NCBI GenBank assembly: GCA_020355145.1
Contig: CP070660.1
Location: 1,552,113 to 1,577,419, forward strand
Direction of reading: 5' to 3'
DNA length: 25,307 nt
Origin: Deltaproteobacteria bacterium
GTDB lineage: Bacteria; Desulfobacterota; DSM-4660; Desulfatiglandales; B25-G16
Shown: positions 1-8,828 of the stretch, in pieces
Layout: each line of letters opens with the position of its first letter
Numbering within the stretch: position 1 is the stretch's first letter
Translations under genes and position numbers: made by a program
Notes under the pieces: model-generated
Seen by the model: only the letters and a program-made list of their open reading frames with translations
The model's database searches: none
What the model was told of the DNA's origin: nothing

Positions 1-1807
1 CCGCCTTGACCAGAATGGTCAGATCGATCAGGGGCAGCTCACGGTCGGCTAAATAGAACATCGTTGTGGTTCCGATCGTGGTGGTTTGAGCCTCTGGGTA
101 TTCAACTCTCTTTGGCGCGCGATCGAAAGAAAGGGGATGTTTCCAGCCTGTGGGCGTCCGGTACATCGATTTGTTATGAAACGTGTCAGGCCTGGCAATC
201 TTTGCTGCAGCAGCCCCGCCGACCGACCGGACCTCGGTATATGTCTCCGGCGGTTGATCTGGCTCTCCGCCGGGGATCACATAGACACTGGTCTGATTCT
301 CGGTCCGGATATATCTTCTGGCCACCTCCCTGATGTCCTGCGGTGTGACCTCTGCAATTCCTCTTAGATAATCAGTGAGGTACCTCCAACCGACCTGAAC
401 TTCCAGTGTTGCCAGAGTGCCGGCCAGCTCTTCATTGCTGCGCATCCGATCCAGGAATTCGCGCTGGTTGAGTTTCTTGATTCTTTCCAGTTCACGGACA
501 GAAACTAATTGATCTTTCATCCCTTCGACCTCAGCGAGGAGTATGTCTTCAAGCCCTTGACAGGCGGTCAGGTAAGCCTGGCGTCTATCTTGTTCGCTGA
601 GCATATCTTTTTTCACTTTGTCCGGTTCATTGGGCGAGCCGCCCAGAATGACCATGCCGCCGTAGCGGTTGTCGGGGTTATAGGCCCAGGCCTCGACGGC
701 AACACCCCTATTGATAATGTTCTGGGTCATGCGGGCGCTGCGGCCCAGACTTAACACCATGGTCATCACATCGAGTGCGTAGAAGTCCCTGGTTCCCATA
801 CGGGCGCCGTGAAAACCGATTCTGACCAGAGGTGTGCGAGCGCCTTTCAGGAACCGGATGCTCCTGCGCGGGCCGTGCTGCGGGGGTTCTGCGGTTACGG
901 TCTCAGGGCTACGCCCTCCCTCGGTATATCGCTCGAAATAGATCTCTGCCAGCCTTCTGGCATCTTCTACCCTCACGTCCCCCACCAGCACACAAACAGC
1001 GTTCGTCGGATTGTAGTGCCCCTGGTGAAATGCCATAGCGTCATTGGTATTGTATTTCTCCATATCTGCCTTCCAGCCTATGGTCGGATTGCGGTAAGGA
1101 TGGGCGGTGTAGGCTGTCGTGTCGAGATCAAGCCAGGCGGCCCCGTTCGGGTTGTTAATATAGCGGAAGGCCCACTCACGCTGCACGACCTCTTTTTCAA
1201 CGTAAAACTCACGCCAGGAGGGCTCGAATAACTGCTCGCTGATAATTGAAAACCATTGCTCAAGCATGTCCGAAGGCACCGACATCACATACTGGGTCTG
1301 GTCTTTAGTGGTAAACGCGTTGATACCGACAGCACCGTTCTTACCCAACTGGGATGAAAAGGCCTGCGGCACGTAGATTTTTTGCACCTCGGTTCGAAGT
1401 GTATCCATCTCGGCGAGCTTTTCGCGGATCAGATCCTGGTCAGGATCACGCCTTTGCTGCTCCGCGAGCACCGTCTGATACGCGGCTTCAATCCGCCCCT
1501 GCAGTTCCCTGTCCTTTTCCGGGTCCAGTGTACCGAAATTCTTGGTTCCTTTAAACATCATGTGCTCAAGCAAATGCGCAATTCCGGTCTTACCGGTCTC
1601 TTCAAGTGCCGAACCGGCGCGTATCGCCACACGGCAGGCCACCTGCGGCGTTGTCGGTCGCTCCACGATTAAGAAAAGCATGCCGTTTGTCAGTTGGAAC
1701 TCCTTGACGTCTATCTTGATCTCTGGAGCCGAATCAGCTGCCAGGCAAGAATTCGAGGCAACCGCCAGCAGCAGCAGACCGAACACAAAAGCCTTGAAAA
1801 AACGCAT
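1..1807 (-). CDS. M16-family (pitrilysin/insulinase-like) zinc peptidase with signal peptide; 3' end runs off the window
   Basis: Not in the ORF track; translated by hand at both ends and not checked codon by codon in between. GGAGGAG (1820-1814) precedes ATG at 1807 (alternative ATG 1813). N-terminus MRFFKAFVFGLLLLAVASNSCLAA looks like a signal peptide. Inverted zinc motif HLLEH in TGIAHLLEHMMFKGT, followed by NAFT, EKEVVQRE and HPYRNPTIGW. The window start reads FYLADRELPLIDLTILVKA, typical of the start of a second M16 module. Confidence 0.9.
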   Translation of the reverse strand, partial: MRFFKAFVFGLLLLAVASNSCLAADSAPEIKIDVKEFQLTNGMLFLIVERPTTPQVACRVAIRAGSALEETGKTGIAHLLEHMMFKGTKNFGTLDPEKDRELQGRIEAAYQTVLAEQQRRDPDQDLIREKLAEMDTLRTEVQKIYVPQAFSSQLGKNGAVGINAFTTKDQTQYVMSVPSDMLEQWFSIISEQLFEPSWREFYVEKEVVQREWAFRYINNPNGAAWLDLDTTAYTAHPYRNPTIGWKADMEKYNTNDAMAFHQGHYNPTNAVCVLVGDVRVEDARRLAEIYFERYTEGGRSPETVTAEPPQHGPRRSIRFLKGARTPLVRIGFHGARMGTRDFYALDVMTMVLSLGRSARMTQNIINRGVAVEAWAYNPDNRYGGMVILGGSPNEPDKVKKDMLSEQDRRQAYLTACQGLEDILLAEVEGMKDQLVSVRELERIKKLNQREFLDRMRSNEELAGTLATLEVQVGWRYLTDYLRGIAEVTPQDIREVARRYIRTENQTSVYVIPGGEPDQPPETYTEVRSVGGAAAAKIARPDTFHNKSMYRTPTGWKHPLSFDRAPKRVEYPEAQTTTIGTTTMFYLADRELPLIDLTILVKA

Positions 1808-1921
1808 GGGCATCTCCTCCCGTATTATTTTATCTTGGAATTGGTACCTAACTTCCTTCCCGTCTTTTCTTTAGTCATTCTTATATCGTCTCACATTTTT
1901 TATCAAAGTTTATCCTTCCTA

Positions 1922-1949
1922 ATAATATGCACAATGTGTGTGATGTAAA
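1922..1949 (-). promoter_or_regulatory. Possible sigma70 promoter for the M16 peptidase
   Basis: Minus strand TTTACA-N16-TATTAT, about 115 nt upstream of the ATG. Confidence 0.4.
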
Positions 1950-2681
1950 ATATTTTTTTCTCTGCCTTGAGATTTAAAGCAATCTTCGTAGCGATCCTTA
2001 AGAGGGACATAGGCCCTAAAGCAACTAATTAGCCTACCCTTGAAGGCATATGATCTAAAATCCTCGACGAGGGGATAGCTAATAGAGAAAGAATAGGGGA
2101 AAGTGAGTTACGGTCGGAAAGCAGGAAATGATCTGTTATTCGGTTGCCTGCCTAACTATTTATGGTTTACGAAAATATTAACTTGTTTTATAAGCAATGT
2201 CCCCTTCTCATACTATTTTTGAAGTAATTGCAAAGAAATTAAGGTCTTATAATTCAAAAGATAGAGGTCATCTGGGAGATAAAGAGACAACAGATAATTG
2301 GGCTAGAGAGCTTGATTTAGAGGGATGGTATGGATGGAGGAGATTTTGAGGGGATGTTGGGGTAAATTATGACCTTAAAATCCCAAAAGCCAAGGCCACG
2401 ACATAATGGACTTCAAACTCAGACAAACCCTATTGTAGGTCTGGGCATCGGTGATTAATTCTGATTGAAACATACTATGAATTGGGAATGCCGTAAGCTG
2501 TCGAGTTCAGTTAGATATATGCAAATTGGGGAGACGCTTCTACGATTGAAAAATACTTTTAGTGTGGCTCATATACAATATATGGACTATCGTTAGAAGA
2601 TAAAGTCATGGAACCTGTGCGCAAGTACGGTGAATTGGGAATCGTCCTAACTGGGCGACCACTCAGCGAGCAAATGCCGCG

Positions 2682-2864
2682 CTATCGCTTGGTAGACATC
2701 TTTATATCGACCCGTTCAAGTCCCAACTCTTGAGAGACCGCAAGCTCGCCCTCGTACCAATCTTGACCGTGCTGCTCGCCCCGGAGGTTGATGATACTCC
2801 TAATACCATACTCCTGGACCAAAGTACGTAGACCGCTCGCCGTCGGCTGAGCAGAACGATACAT
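2682..2864 (-). pseudogene. N-terminal fragment of a dual-specificity/tyrosine phosphatase-family protein
   Basis: MYRSAQP...GIRSIINLRGE...WY..E....ELGL..VDI.MS matches the N-terminal half of small bacterial DSP-type phosphatases. TAG occurs before any HCxxGxxR P-loop, and none was found in the three frames just downstream. Confidence 0.7.
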
Positions 2865-3064
2865 CAAGAAGTGCCAAAGTAACGTGAGAGCCGAAGAGCG
2901 GTATCGGCTGTTATGCGACGTTTCTCCAATACAATTTCATTGATCCGCCTGGGAGGTACGCCAATATCAAGAGCCAGCCGATTCTGGCTTAGCCCCACTG
3001 ACTTCAGGAATTCCTCCAATAAGACTTCCCCTGGGTGGACAGGATGCAGCTTTTTCTTTATCAT
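2864..3064 (-). pseudogene. higA: HigA/VapI-family antitoxin-like HTH protein, C-terminally truncated (66 aa)
   Basis: HPVHPGEVLLEEFL...LSQNRLA..IGVPPRRINEIV..KRRITADTALRLSRYFGTS is the HigA signature. It stops at FGTS, where family members normally continue with FWLxLQ. AGGAG RBS upstream; no toxin ORF upstream. Confidence 0.8.
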
Positions 3065-3081
3065 GATTAATTTCTCCTAAT

Positions 3082-3120
3082 GATAATCCATTATCTCTAC
3101 ATCGTAGGCGGCAATGTCAA
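3082..3120 (-). promoter_or_regulatory. Probable higA promoter with two overlapping inverted repeats (candidate operator)
   Basis: Perfect TTGACA at 3120-3115. GATAAT-CC-ATTATC (3082-3095) and CTAC-ATC-GTAG (3097-3107) lie between it and the RBS. Spacing to the best -10 (GATAAT) is 19 nt, which is not ideal. Confidence 0.4.
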
Positions 3121-3265
3121 GAATTATATTAACACAGGGCGTGAATTTCGTATCCGCTACTTTTATGAGAGGGCCGACTTTATCAAATATGCTACAATGA
3201 GATGAGAAAAAATAAGTAAAAGAACTGCCAGATTGGATTTCGGTTATCAGAGATAAATTAAAAGA

Positions 3266-3289
3266 TCCAGCATAAGGTTAGGTGCTGGA
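3266..3289 (-). terminator. Possible intrinsic terminator after the EamA gene
   Basis: 7-bp stem TCCAGCA/TGCTGGA with a 10-nt loop, followed on the minus strand by TCTTTTAATTT. Confidence 0.3.
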
Positions 3290-3327
3290 ATTCTAGGAAG
3301 GTCAAGGCGAACAGGAGAGCCATCGCT

Positions 3328-4245
3328 TTAAACCACGCCAATGGGAGTGCGTGGACGATGCATCCCTGAGAGCGCTTGCCCAGTGACCGCTGCAAGCAGA
3401 ATTCCCCCGCCGATGAACGTGATCCTGCTCGGTACCTCTCCTACCACGAGCCAGACCCAGATCGGCGCCAGCACCACCTCGGTGAGAGCAAGCAAAATCA
3501 GCTCCGCCGCGGGAACGTGTCGCGATCCAAAGGTGAATATAATGAGACCGCAGCTGAGCTGCGCCGCACCGAGGATAACGCAGAGGAACAAATCGTGACC
3601 TGAGATCGTCAGACTTCCTTCGACGGCTGTGGCTATGACGCCAGAGATGAGGGCGCTGAATACCCCGGCCAGGCAGACAGAAGGCATCATATCAATCATC
3701 TTGCCGCGGCGGAGTGCCACCGTGTAGCAGGCAAAAGCTAATGCAGCACCCAGAGCCCAGAGATCGCCATATAGACCCCCTACGGCAACGCCTTCGCTCA
3801 CCATGGCAGCCACCCCAAGGGTTGCGGCTATCATGGCCACCCAGGTGCCACGGGACACCCGCTCGCCGAGAACGATCCAGCTCAGTATCGCTGCCATGAA
3901 AGAGGCGGTACTCATCAATAACAAGGTGTTTGCAACCGTCGTATGCTTTAGGGAAGTGATGAAACCGATGAAGGTTAAAGCCAGACACAGAGCTCCTACA
4001 ACGCCGGTTGCGCCTACGGCCCTAAAACCGACGGGTATGGACACCTTATTACGGGCTGCCATGAAGGCGAGCATGGTGACTACCAGTACGACGGAGCGGT
4101 AAAAGACGATCTGCAGCTCACTAGCCGTCTCGATTAGACGGACAAGGACACCACCGATGCTAAAGAAGAGGCCAGACAGCATGACCAAGACGCGGCCTCG
4201 GAGGTAGGCCGCATCGTGTTCAAATGTGGTAGGCGAGTCGAGCAC
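3328..4245 (-). CDS. EamA/DMT-family transporter
   Basis: 305 aa with about 10 hydrophobic helices in two repeats. Motifs include TTVANTLLL, LSWIVLGERV and E.VLAPIWVWLVVGEVP. GTG start; exact start uncertain. Confidence 0.9.
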   Translation of the reverse strand: MLDSPTTFEHDAAYLRGRVLVMLSGLFFSIGGVLVRLIETASELQIVFYRSVVLVVTMLAFMAARNKVSIPVGFRAVGATGVVGALCLALTFIGFITSLKHTTVANTLLLMSTASFMAAILSWIVLGERVSRGTWVAMIAATLGVAAMVSEGVAVGGLYGDLWALGAALAFACYTVALRRGKMIDMMPSVCLAGVFSALISGVIATAVEGSLTISGHDLFLCVILGAAQLSCGLIIFTFGSRHVPAAELILLALTEVVLAPIWVWLVVGEVPSRITFIGGGILLAAVTGQALSGMHRPRTPIGVV

Positions 4246-4331
4246 GGTGTAATGAGCTTATCTATTCATACAGGACCATCTCAGTCAAAGAAAGACACCC
4301 GAGATAGGAGGTATGGGTATTTGCAACTGAT

Positions 4332-5084
4332 TTATATGGTAGCGCCCCCATCTACGGCAATGACCTGCCCGGTTACATAGCTGGAGACATCAGAGGCCAG
4401 ATAAATGATAGCCCCCACCATCTCCTCAGAGTCGGCTATGCGCCCCATTGGAGTTTTGCTTATAGCATCTTGTAGAATCTCCGGGTTATTCCAGAGAGCT
4501 TCACTGAAACGGGTCTTGGTCAGTCCAGGGGCTATTGCATTGACCCTGATATTGTACTTACTCCATTCTTTTGCCATGACCTTCGTTGCCATAATCACTC
4601 CAGCCTTGCTTATGGAATAGACCGGCAATATGCCAGGGGTAATCCCCTCCACCGAGGTTATGTTAATAATTTTGCCCCCTCCCTTTTCCCTCATCACCCT
4701 CGCTATTGCTTGGCTGAGAAAGAACAGCCCCTTCAGGTTAAGGTTCATAATAGAGTCCCAGGCACGCTCCTCTATATCCAGTGCGTCATCCATGACAGGG
4801 TTAGCAGCGGCATTATTTACCAGGATATCAATCCTCCCAAACTCATCCTCGACCTTACTGACTAGATTCTTTACTTGGTCCATCCTGCCAACATGTGCTG
4901 CCACAGCCAGAGACCTCCTCCCCATCCCCCTTATCTCCTCAGCTACCTTCTCCAGGTTCGGAAGTTTCCGGCTGGCCACTGCAACGTCTGCTCCGCACCG
5001 GGCAAGCCCAAGCGCCGAAGCCCTTCCAATGCCGCGGCTGCCGCCGGTTACCAGAGCCACCCTACCTTCTAGAGAAAAATCCAT
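4332..5084 (-). CDS. Classical short-chain dehydrogenase/reductase (DHRS4-like)
   Basis: TGGSRGIG Rossmann motif, NNAA, catalytic YSISK, IRVNAIAPG. RBS AGGAGGTG at 5097-5090. Confidence 0.95.
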   Translation of the reverse strand: MDFSLEGRVALVTGGSRGIGRASALGLARCGADVAVASRKLPNLEKVAEEIRGMGRRSLAVAAHVGRMDQVKNLVSKVEDEFGRIDILVNNAAANPVMDDALDIEERAWDSIMNLNLKGLFFLSQAIARVMREKGGGKIINITSVEGITPGILPVYSISKAGVIMATKVMAKEWSKYNIRVNAIAPGLTKTRFSEALWNNPEILQDAISKTPMGRIADSEEMVGAIIYLASDVSSYVTGQVIAVDGGATI

Positions 5085-5134
5085 TTTTTCACCTCCTAAA
5101 CAAGAATTGTAAGAAGCCCATTTTGGGTGAGGGC

Positions 5135-5163
5135 AGTATAGGATAAAGGCAGTTGGGTGTCAA
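5135..5163 (-). promoter_or_regulatory. Sigma70 promoter for the SDR gene
   Basis: Minus strand TTGACA (5163-5158), exactly 17 nt, then TATACT (5140-5135). Confidence 0.75.
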
Positions 5164-5285
5164 TTGGAAGGGCACTTCAAGATATGGCAATTGTGCTTTG
5201 CTGAGTCAGTGAAATGTGGGAACTTGGATTCACGCCTTGACACAGGACATAATGTGAAGGCCCTCGATGATGAAGGGGTGTCGCA

Positions 5286-6086
5286 CTAAATCTTTGATAG
5301 AATCTTTTTTAAGTTTCCCGCGTTTTCCTTCAGCCACTCATACAGAATCACCACATCGCTAGGAAGACTGAAATCACGCACGCCAAGATCTATGTATTCC
5401 TGGATTTGTTTTTGGCTCTCCTTACCGGTCAGCTCAACCCTTGGACGTATTCCCTTTTCTACAGCCTTTTTGATAGTCTTGAGCTGAGCACCCTTCACCT
5501 CTGGGTGAGACCACTGTCCTGGTAGACCAATGCTCAGGGCGTAGTCCGCAGGACCAAATTGAACCATGTCTATGCCCTTAACCGAAAGGACTTCCTCCAG
5601 TTTATCGATAGCTCCCTTTTTCTCTATCATTATGGCTATTACAGCATCATCCATTGCCTTGACATATTCTGGTGAACCTGCATCCAATACATATCCCACA
5701 TCCCTACGCATGTGACAGCCATGAATACCTTGTAGTTCAGGTGTCTCTGGTTTTACGATACCTACACATTCCTTGGCATCTTCGACGGTTCTTATATCTG
5801 TGAACAGTATATTCTGGATGCCTGAGCCGACGGCCCTCTGAGCAATAAAGCCTCTTGGCTCCTGATCCACCTTCATCATTGATGACATGGGAAACAATTC
5901 GGTTGCCCTTGCAAGGTTGTCAAGGTCATGTAAGTCCCACGATGCGTATTGCCCCAAAAACTCAACATAGTCAATTTTACCGGTGTGACCGATAATCTCC
6001 ACTATGCCAGGCCACATACTTAGGACGCGGGTTCCAATGGTTGGCAAGCCGTTCTTAATCAGTTCTCTGAGCCTATTTTTCCTCAT
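5286..6086 (-). CDS. HpcH/HpaI aldolase/citrate lyase family protein with a non-canonical active site
   Basis: N.L.E....G...IG, MIEK, IDMVQFGPADYALSIG and HPEV match the family. Start placed at ATG 6086 (MRKNRL) after GGGGGTG rather than 6101. Confidence 0.88.
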   Translation of the reverse strand: MRKNRLRELIKNGLPTIGTRVLSMWPGIVEIIGHTGKIDYVEFLGQYASWDLHDLDNLARATELFPMSSMMKVDQEPRGFIAQRAVGSGIQNILFTDIRTVEDAKECVGIVKPETPELQGIHGCHMRRDVGYVLDAGSPEYVKAMDDAVIAIMIEKKGAIDKLEEVLSVKGIDMVQFGPADYALSIGLPGQWSHPEVKGAQLKTIKKAVEKGIRPRVELTGKESQKQIQEYIDLGVRDFSLPSDVVILYEWLKENAGNLKKILSKI

Positions 6087-6220
6087 TATCAGCACCCCCA
6101 AATGTTTCTTTTTCTTGGATGTTCCCCTTAACTAGTTGCCCTCAGGCTGGTATTCAATGCTCTTGCAAGCACCCCTTCCCAACTCCCACCTTTTCTACAC
6201 GTTTACTACCTTTTGCTAGG

Positions 6221-7216
6221 CTACGAAATCTTGTCACTTTTTCCCTTCAATACCTCAGGATTTAAAAGACAGGGTGGCTTTTTGCCCTCGAGGGCCAGGG
6301 CACAGTTTTCCACGGCCAACTCTGCCATCTTTTTCCGGGTTTCATACGATGCGCTTCCTATGTGGGGTGTCAGAACAATGTTTTCCATTTCAATAAGCTC
6401 ACGTGGCAGGTGTGGCTCCCTTTCAAAGACATCTAACGCCGCAGCGGCTATCTTTTTATCTCTGAGCGCTCTGATAAGGGCCTTCTCATCTATGACTTTG
6501 CCGCGGGAGGTGTTTATTAAGAAAGCGGAGTGCTTCATCAACTGCAGGTTCTTTTGATCCATCAATTTTTCTGTCGATTTCTCTAAGGGCACATGCAATG
6601 ACACAAAGTCTGCTGTCGAGAGAAGCTCATCTAGGGGCACGAACCTTGCGTTCAGACCGGATTCCATAGCCTTATCTGCTCTTGCAATATCATAGTAAAG
6701 TATTTTCATTCCGAAGCCGCCAGCTCGTTTTGCCACAGCCTTTCCTATTCTGCCGAACCCTATTATCCCTAACGTTTTATCGTGAACATCAGTGCCCAGA
6801 AGCCTTCTGTAAATCGGGATTTTCCATTTGCCGGATCTTATGTATCTTTCGGCCTCGCCTATACGCCGTGCCACAGCCATCATGAGGGCAAAGGCCAGAT
6901 CCGCAGTTGTTTCTGTCAATACCCCAGGAGTGTTCGTTATCATGATACCCCTTTTGGTGGCTGTCTGGATGTCTATATGGTCTACGCCGACCGATACCGT
7001 TGACACTACTTTGAGAGACTTTGCGATGTCAAAGATTTCTTTGTCGACTCTATCCACCGACATGGCGACGAGACCCGTCTTATCCCCGACTTTTTGCTTG
7101 AAGAGTTCTCTGGGCATGGGCTCGTCTTGCTGAAATACTTGTACCTCAAATCTGTTCTGCAAAGGATTCAGTACTTCTTCAAAAAGCCTGTTAGTGACTA
7201 GAACCGATTTTGTCAT
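6221..7216 (-). CDS. D-isomer-specific 2-hydroxyacid dehydrogenase (glyoxylate reductase / D-glycerate dehydrogenase, GyaR-like)
   Basis: VGVDHID, TNTPGVLTETTADLAFAL, GIIGFGRIG, INTSRGKVIDE, LDVFEREP, LTPHIGSA. GGAGGG RBS supports ATG 7216 (MTKSV) rather than 7285. Confidence 0.93.
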   Translation of the reverse strand: MTKSVLVTNRLFEEVLNPLQNRFEVQVFQQDEPMPRELFKQKVGDKTGLVAMSVDRVDKEIFDIAKSLKVVSTVSVGVDHIDIQTATKRGIMITNTPGVLTETTADLAFALMMAVARRIGEAERYIRSGKWKIPIYRRLLGTDVHDKTLGIIGFGRIGKAVAKRAGGFGMKILYYDIARADKAMESGLNARFVPLDELLSTADFVSLHVPLEKSTEKLMDQKNLQLMKHSAFLINTSRGKVIDEKALIRALRDKKIAAAALDVFEREPHLPRELIEMENIVLTPHIGSASYETRKKMAELAVENCALALEGKKPPCLLNPEVLKGKSDKIS

Positions 7217-7472
7217 AATCTTCCCTCCTATATTCGGTGAGATCGGCTGAATATCGATAAACCATGGAAAGCATAGATTGACCAAAACTTCAACTCCAAT
7301 ATGTCATTTGTCGGGCAAAATCGAAATTTGTCTGTTGGACTTGTAGGATCAAATCTCGGCTGGGAGATAAAGAGGGGCCAGATACCCCGGTTAAAGGGCT
7401 TAGACCAAAAGGGTAATATGGTTGGAAGCAGTCCTGAGTAAGAAGTTCTTAGGAACCCTGCGAGGTTCTTGA

Positions 7473-8798
7473 TTATGTCCCCATTTCCCATGAGGACAGA
7501 TATTTTTCCTGCTCTGGGGTGAGGCTGTCAATCTCCACACCCATTGAGACGAGTTTTAATCTTGCGATTTCCTGATCAATTATAAGGGGAACAGGATAGA
7601 CCCTTTTGTCAAGGTTCTTGTGTTCCTTTGATAGATATTCCATGGATAAGGCCTGGTTTGCAAAACTCATATCCATAACACTTGAGGGATGACCCTCTGC
7701 TGCAGCCAGGTTTATCAACCTTCCCTCACCTAGAAGATAGACCCTGTTTCCATTTTGTAGGGTATATTCCTCGACAAATTCCCTGATCTTCCTCCTAGAT
7801 GTAGAGACTTCTGCTAGTCCGGGAAGGTCAAGTTCCACATTAAAGTGTCCTGAATTGGATATGATGGCACCATCCCTCATATCAAGGAAGTGCTCTTTGC
7901 TGATCGCATTTATATCGCCTGTAAGGGTACAGAAAAAGTCGCCGATTTTGGCGGCCTTTGCTATAGGCATAACATCAAATCCATCCATGACCGCCTCTAA
8001 GGCCTTTAAAGGATCTACCTCACAGATAATTACCTTGGCACCATGGCCCTTTGCCCTGGCTGCCACCCCCCGACCACACCATCCATAGCCACACACAACA
8101 AAGTGGCTTCCTGCAAGAAGCCTATTTGTTGCCCTAATGATCCCGTCAATGGTGCTTTGGCCTGTGCCGTATCGGTTATCAAAGAGGTGTTTTGTGTTGG
8201 CGTCGTTTACCGAGATAACCGGAAATTGAAGGACATTGTCCCTTTCCATAGAGCGAAGGCGGATGACACCAGTGGTTGTCTCCTCCGTACCCCCCATAAC
8301 ACCGGCAATGAGCGCGTTCCTTTCCCCTTGAGTTAGGGAAAGGCCCCATTCCCTTATGCCCTGGGAGACATCATCCCATTTATCCAAGGCAATAAAGTGA
8401 AGGGAGCTGACCAGATCAGCACCATCATCCATGGTGAGGTTTGGCATGTTCTTTAGGGGCGACAATATATGGCTGTAGTAGGTGTCGGTGTCTTCTCCTT
8501 TTATGGCAAAGACCGGGATCTTATCAACGGCCACCAGCGAGGCAGCGACATCATCCTGGGTTGAAAGGGGATTGGAGGCACACAGGGCTACAGAGGCACC
8601 ACCTGCCTTGAGTGTTCTTGCCAGGACAGCAGTCTCCGTGGTTATATGCAAACAGGCGGAAATCCTCAGCCCTGATAGGGGCTTGTCTTTAGAAAACCTT
8701 TCCTTGATTGAATTCAAAACAGGCATGCTCTTGCTTGCCCACTCTATTCTGAGTTGACCTGTGGTTGCAAGGCCTATATCCTTGATGTCATAATCCAT
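7473..8798 (-). CDS. ahcY: Adenosylhomocysteinase (SAH hydrolase)
   Basis: [65 protein letters not shown]. Start at ATG 8798 after AGGAGAGG. The 60-aa extension in the ORF track is translated repeat DNA. Confidence 0.97.
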   Translation of the reverse strand: MDYDIKDIGLATTGQLRIEWASKSMPVLNSIKERFSKDKPLSGLRISACLHITTETAVLARTLKAGGASVALCASNPLSTQDDVAASLVAVDKIPVFAIKGEDTDTYYSHILSPLKNMPNLTMDDGADLVSSLHFIALDKWDDVSQGIREWGLSLTQGERNALIAGVMGGTEETTTGVIRLRSMERDNVLQFPVISVNDANTKHLFDNRYGTGQSTIDGIIRATNRLLAGSHFVVCGYGWCGRGVAARAKGHGAKVIICEVDPLKALEAVMDGFDVMPIAKAAKIGDFFCTLTGDINAISKEHFLDMRDGAIISNSGHFNVELDLPGLAEVSTSRRKIREFVEEYTLQNGNRVYLLGEGRLINLAAAEGHPSSVMDMSFANQALSMEYLSKEHKNLDKRVYPVPLIIDQEIARLKLVSMGVEIDSLTPEQEKYLSSWEMGT

Positions 8799-8828
8799 CT
8801 GACCTCTCCTCAAATTGCTAAAGAAACT

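Noticed and set aside
64-1948. Plus-strand ORFs over the M16 gene, and likewise 3341-4102, 4405-5146, 6213-7133, 7855-8757, 9261-9648, 12205-13216, 15304-15987, 18154-19110, 20533-20958, 22051-22533, 23360-23725 and 24228-24434
   Set aside because: Antisense shadows of well-supported minus-strand genes, with no recognisable motifs or RBS.
2369-2379. 11-mer ATGACCTTAAA shared with about 25240-25250
   Set aside because: Matches of this length are expected by chance in 25 kb and there is no flanking similarity.
3076-3095. Fur-box-like CCTAATGATAATCCATTATC
   Set aside because: It matches the Fur consensus only with a 1-nt gap, and there is no iron-related gene nearby. Treated as a local palindrome.
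5185-5202. Sigma54-like TGGCA...TTGCT
   Set aside because: GG-to-GC spacing is 12 nt instead of the required 10.
7217-7491. N-terminal extension of the dehydrogenase and the 87-aa ORF 7228-7491
   Set aside because: The RBS supports ATG 7216. The 87-aa ORF overlaps both neighbours and has no recognisable features.
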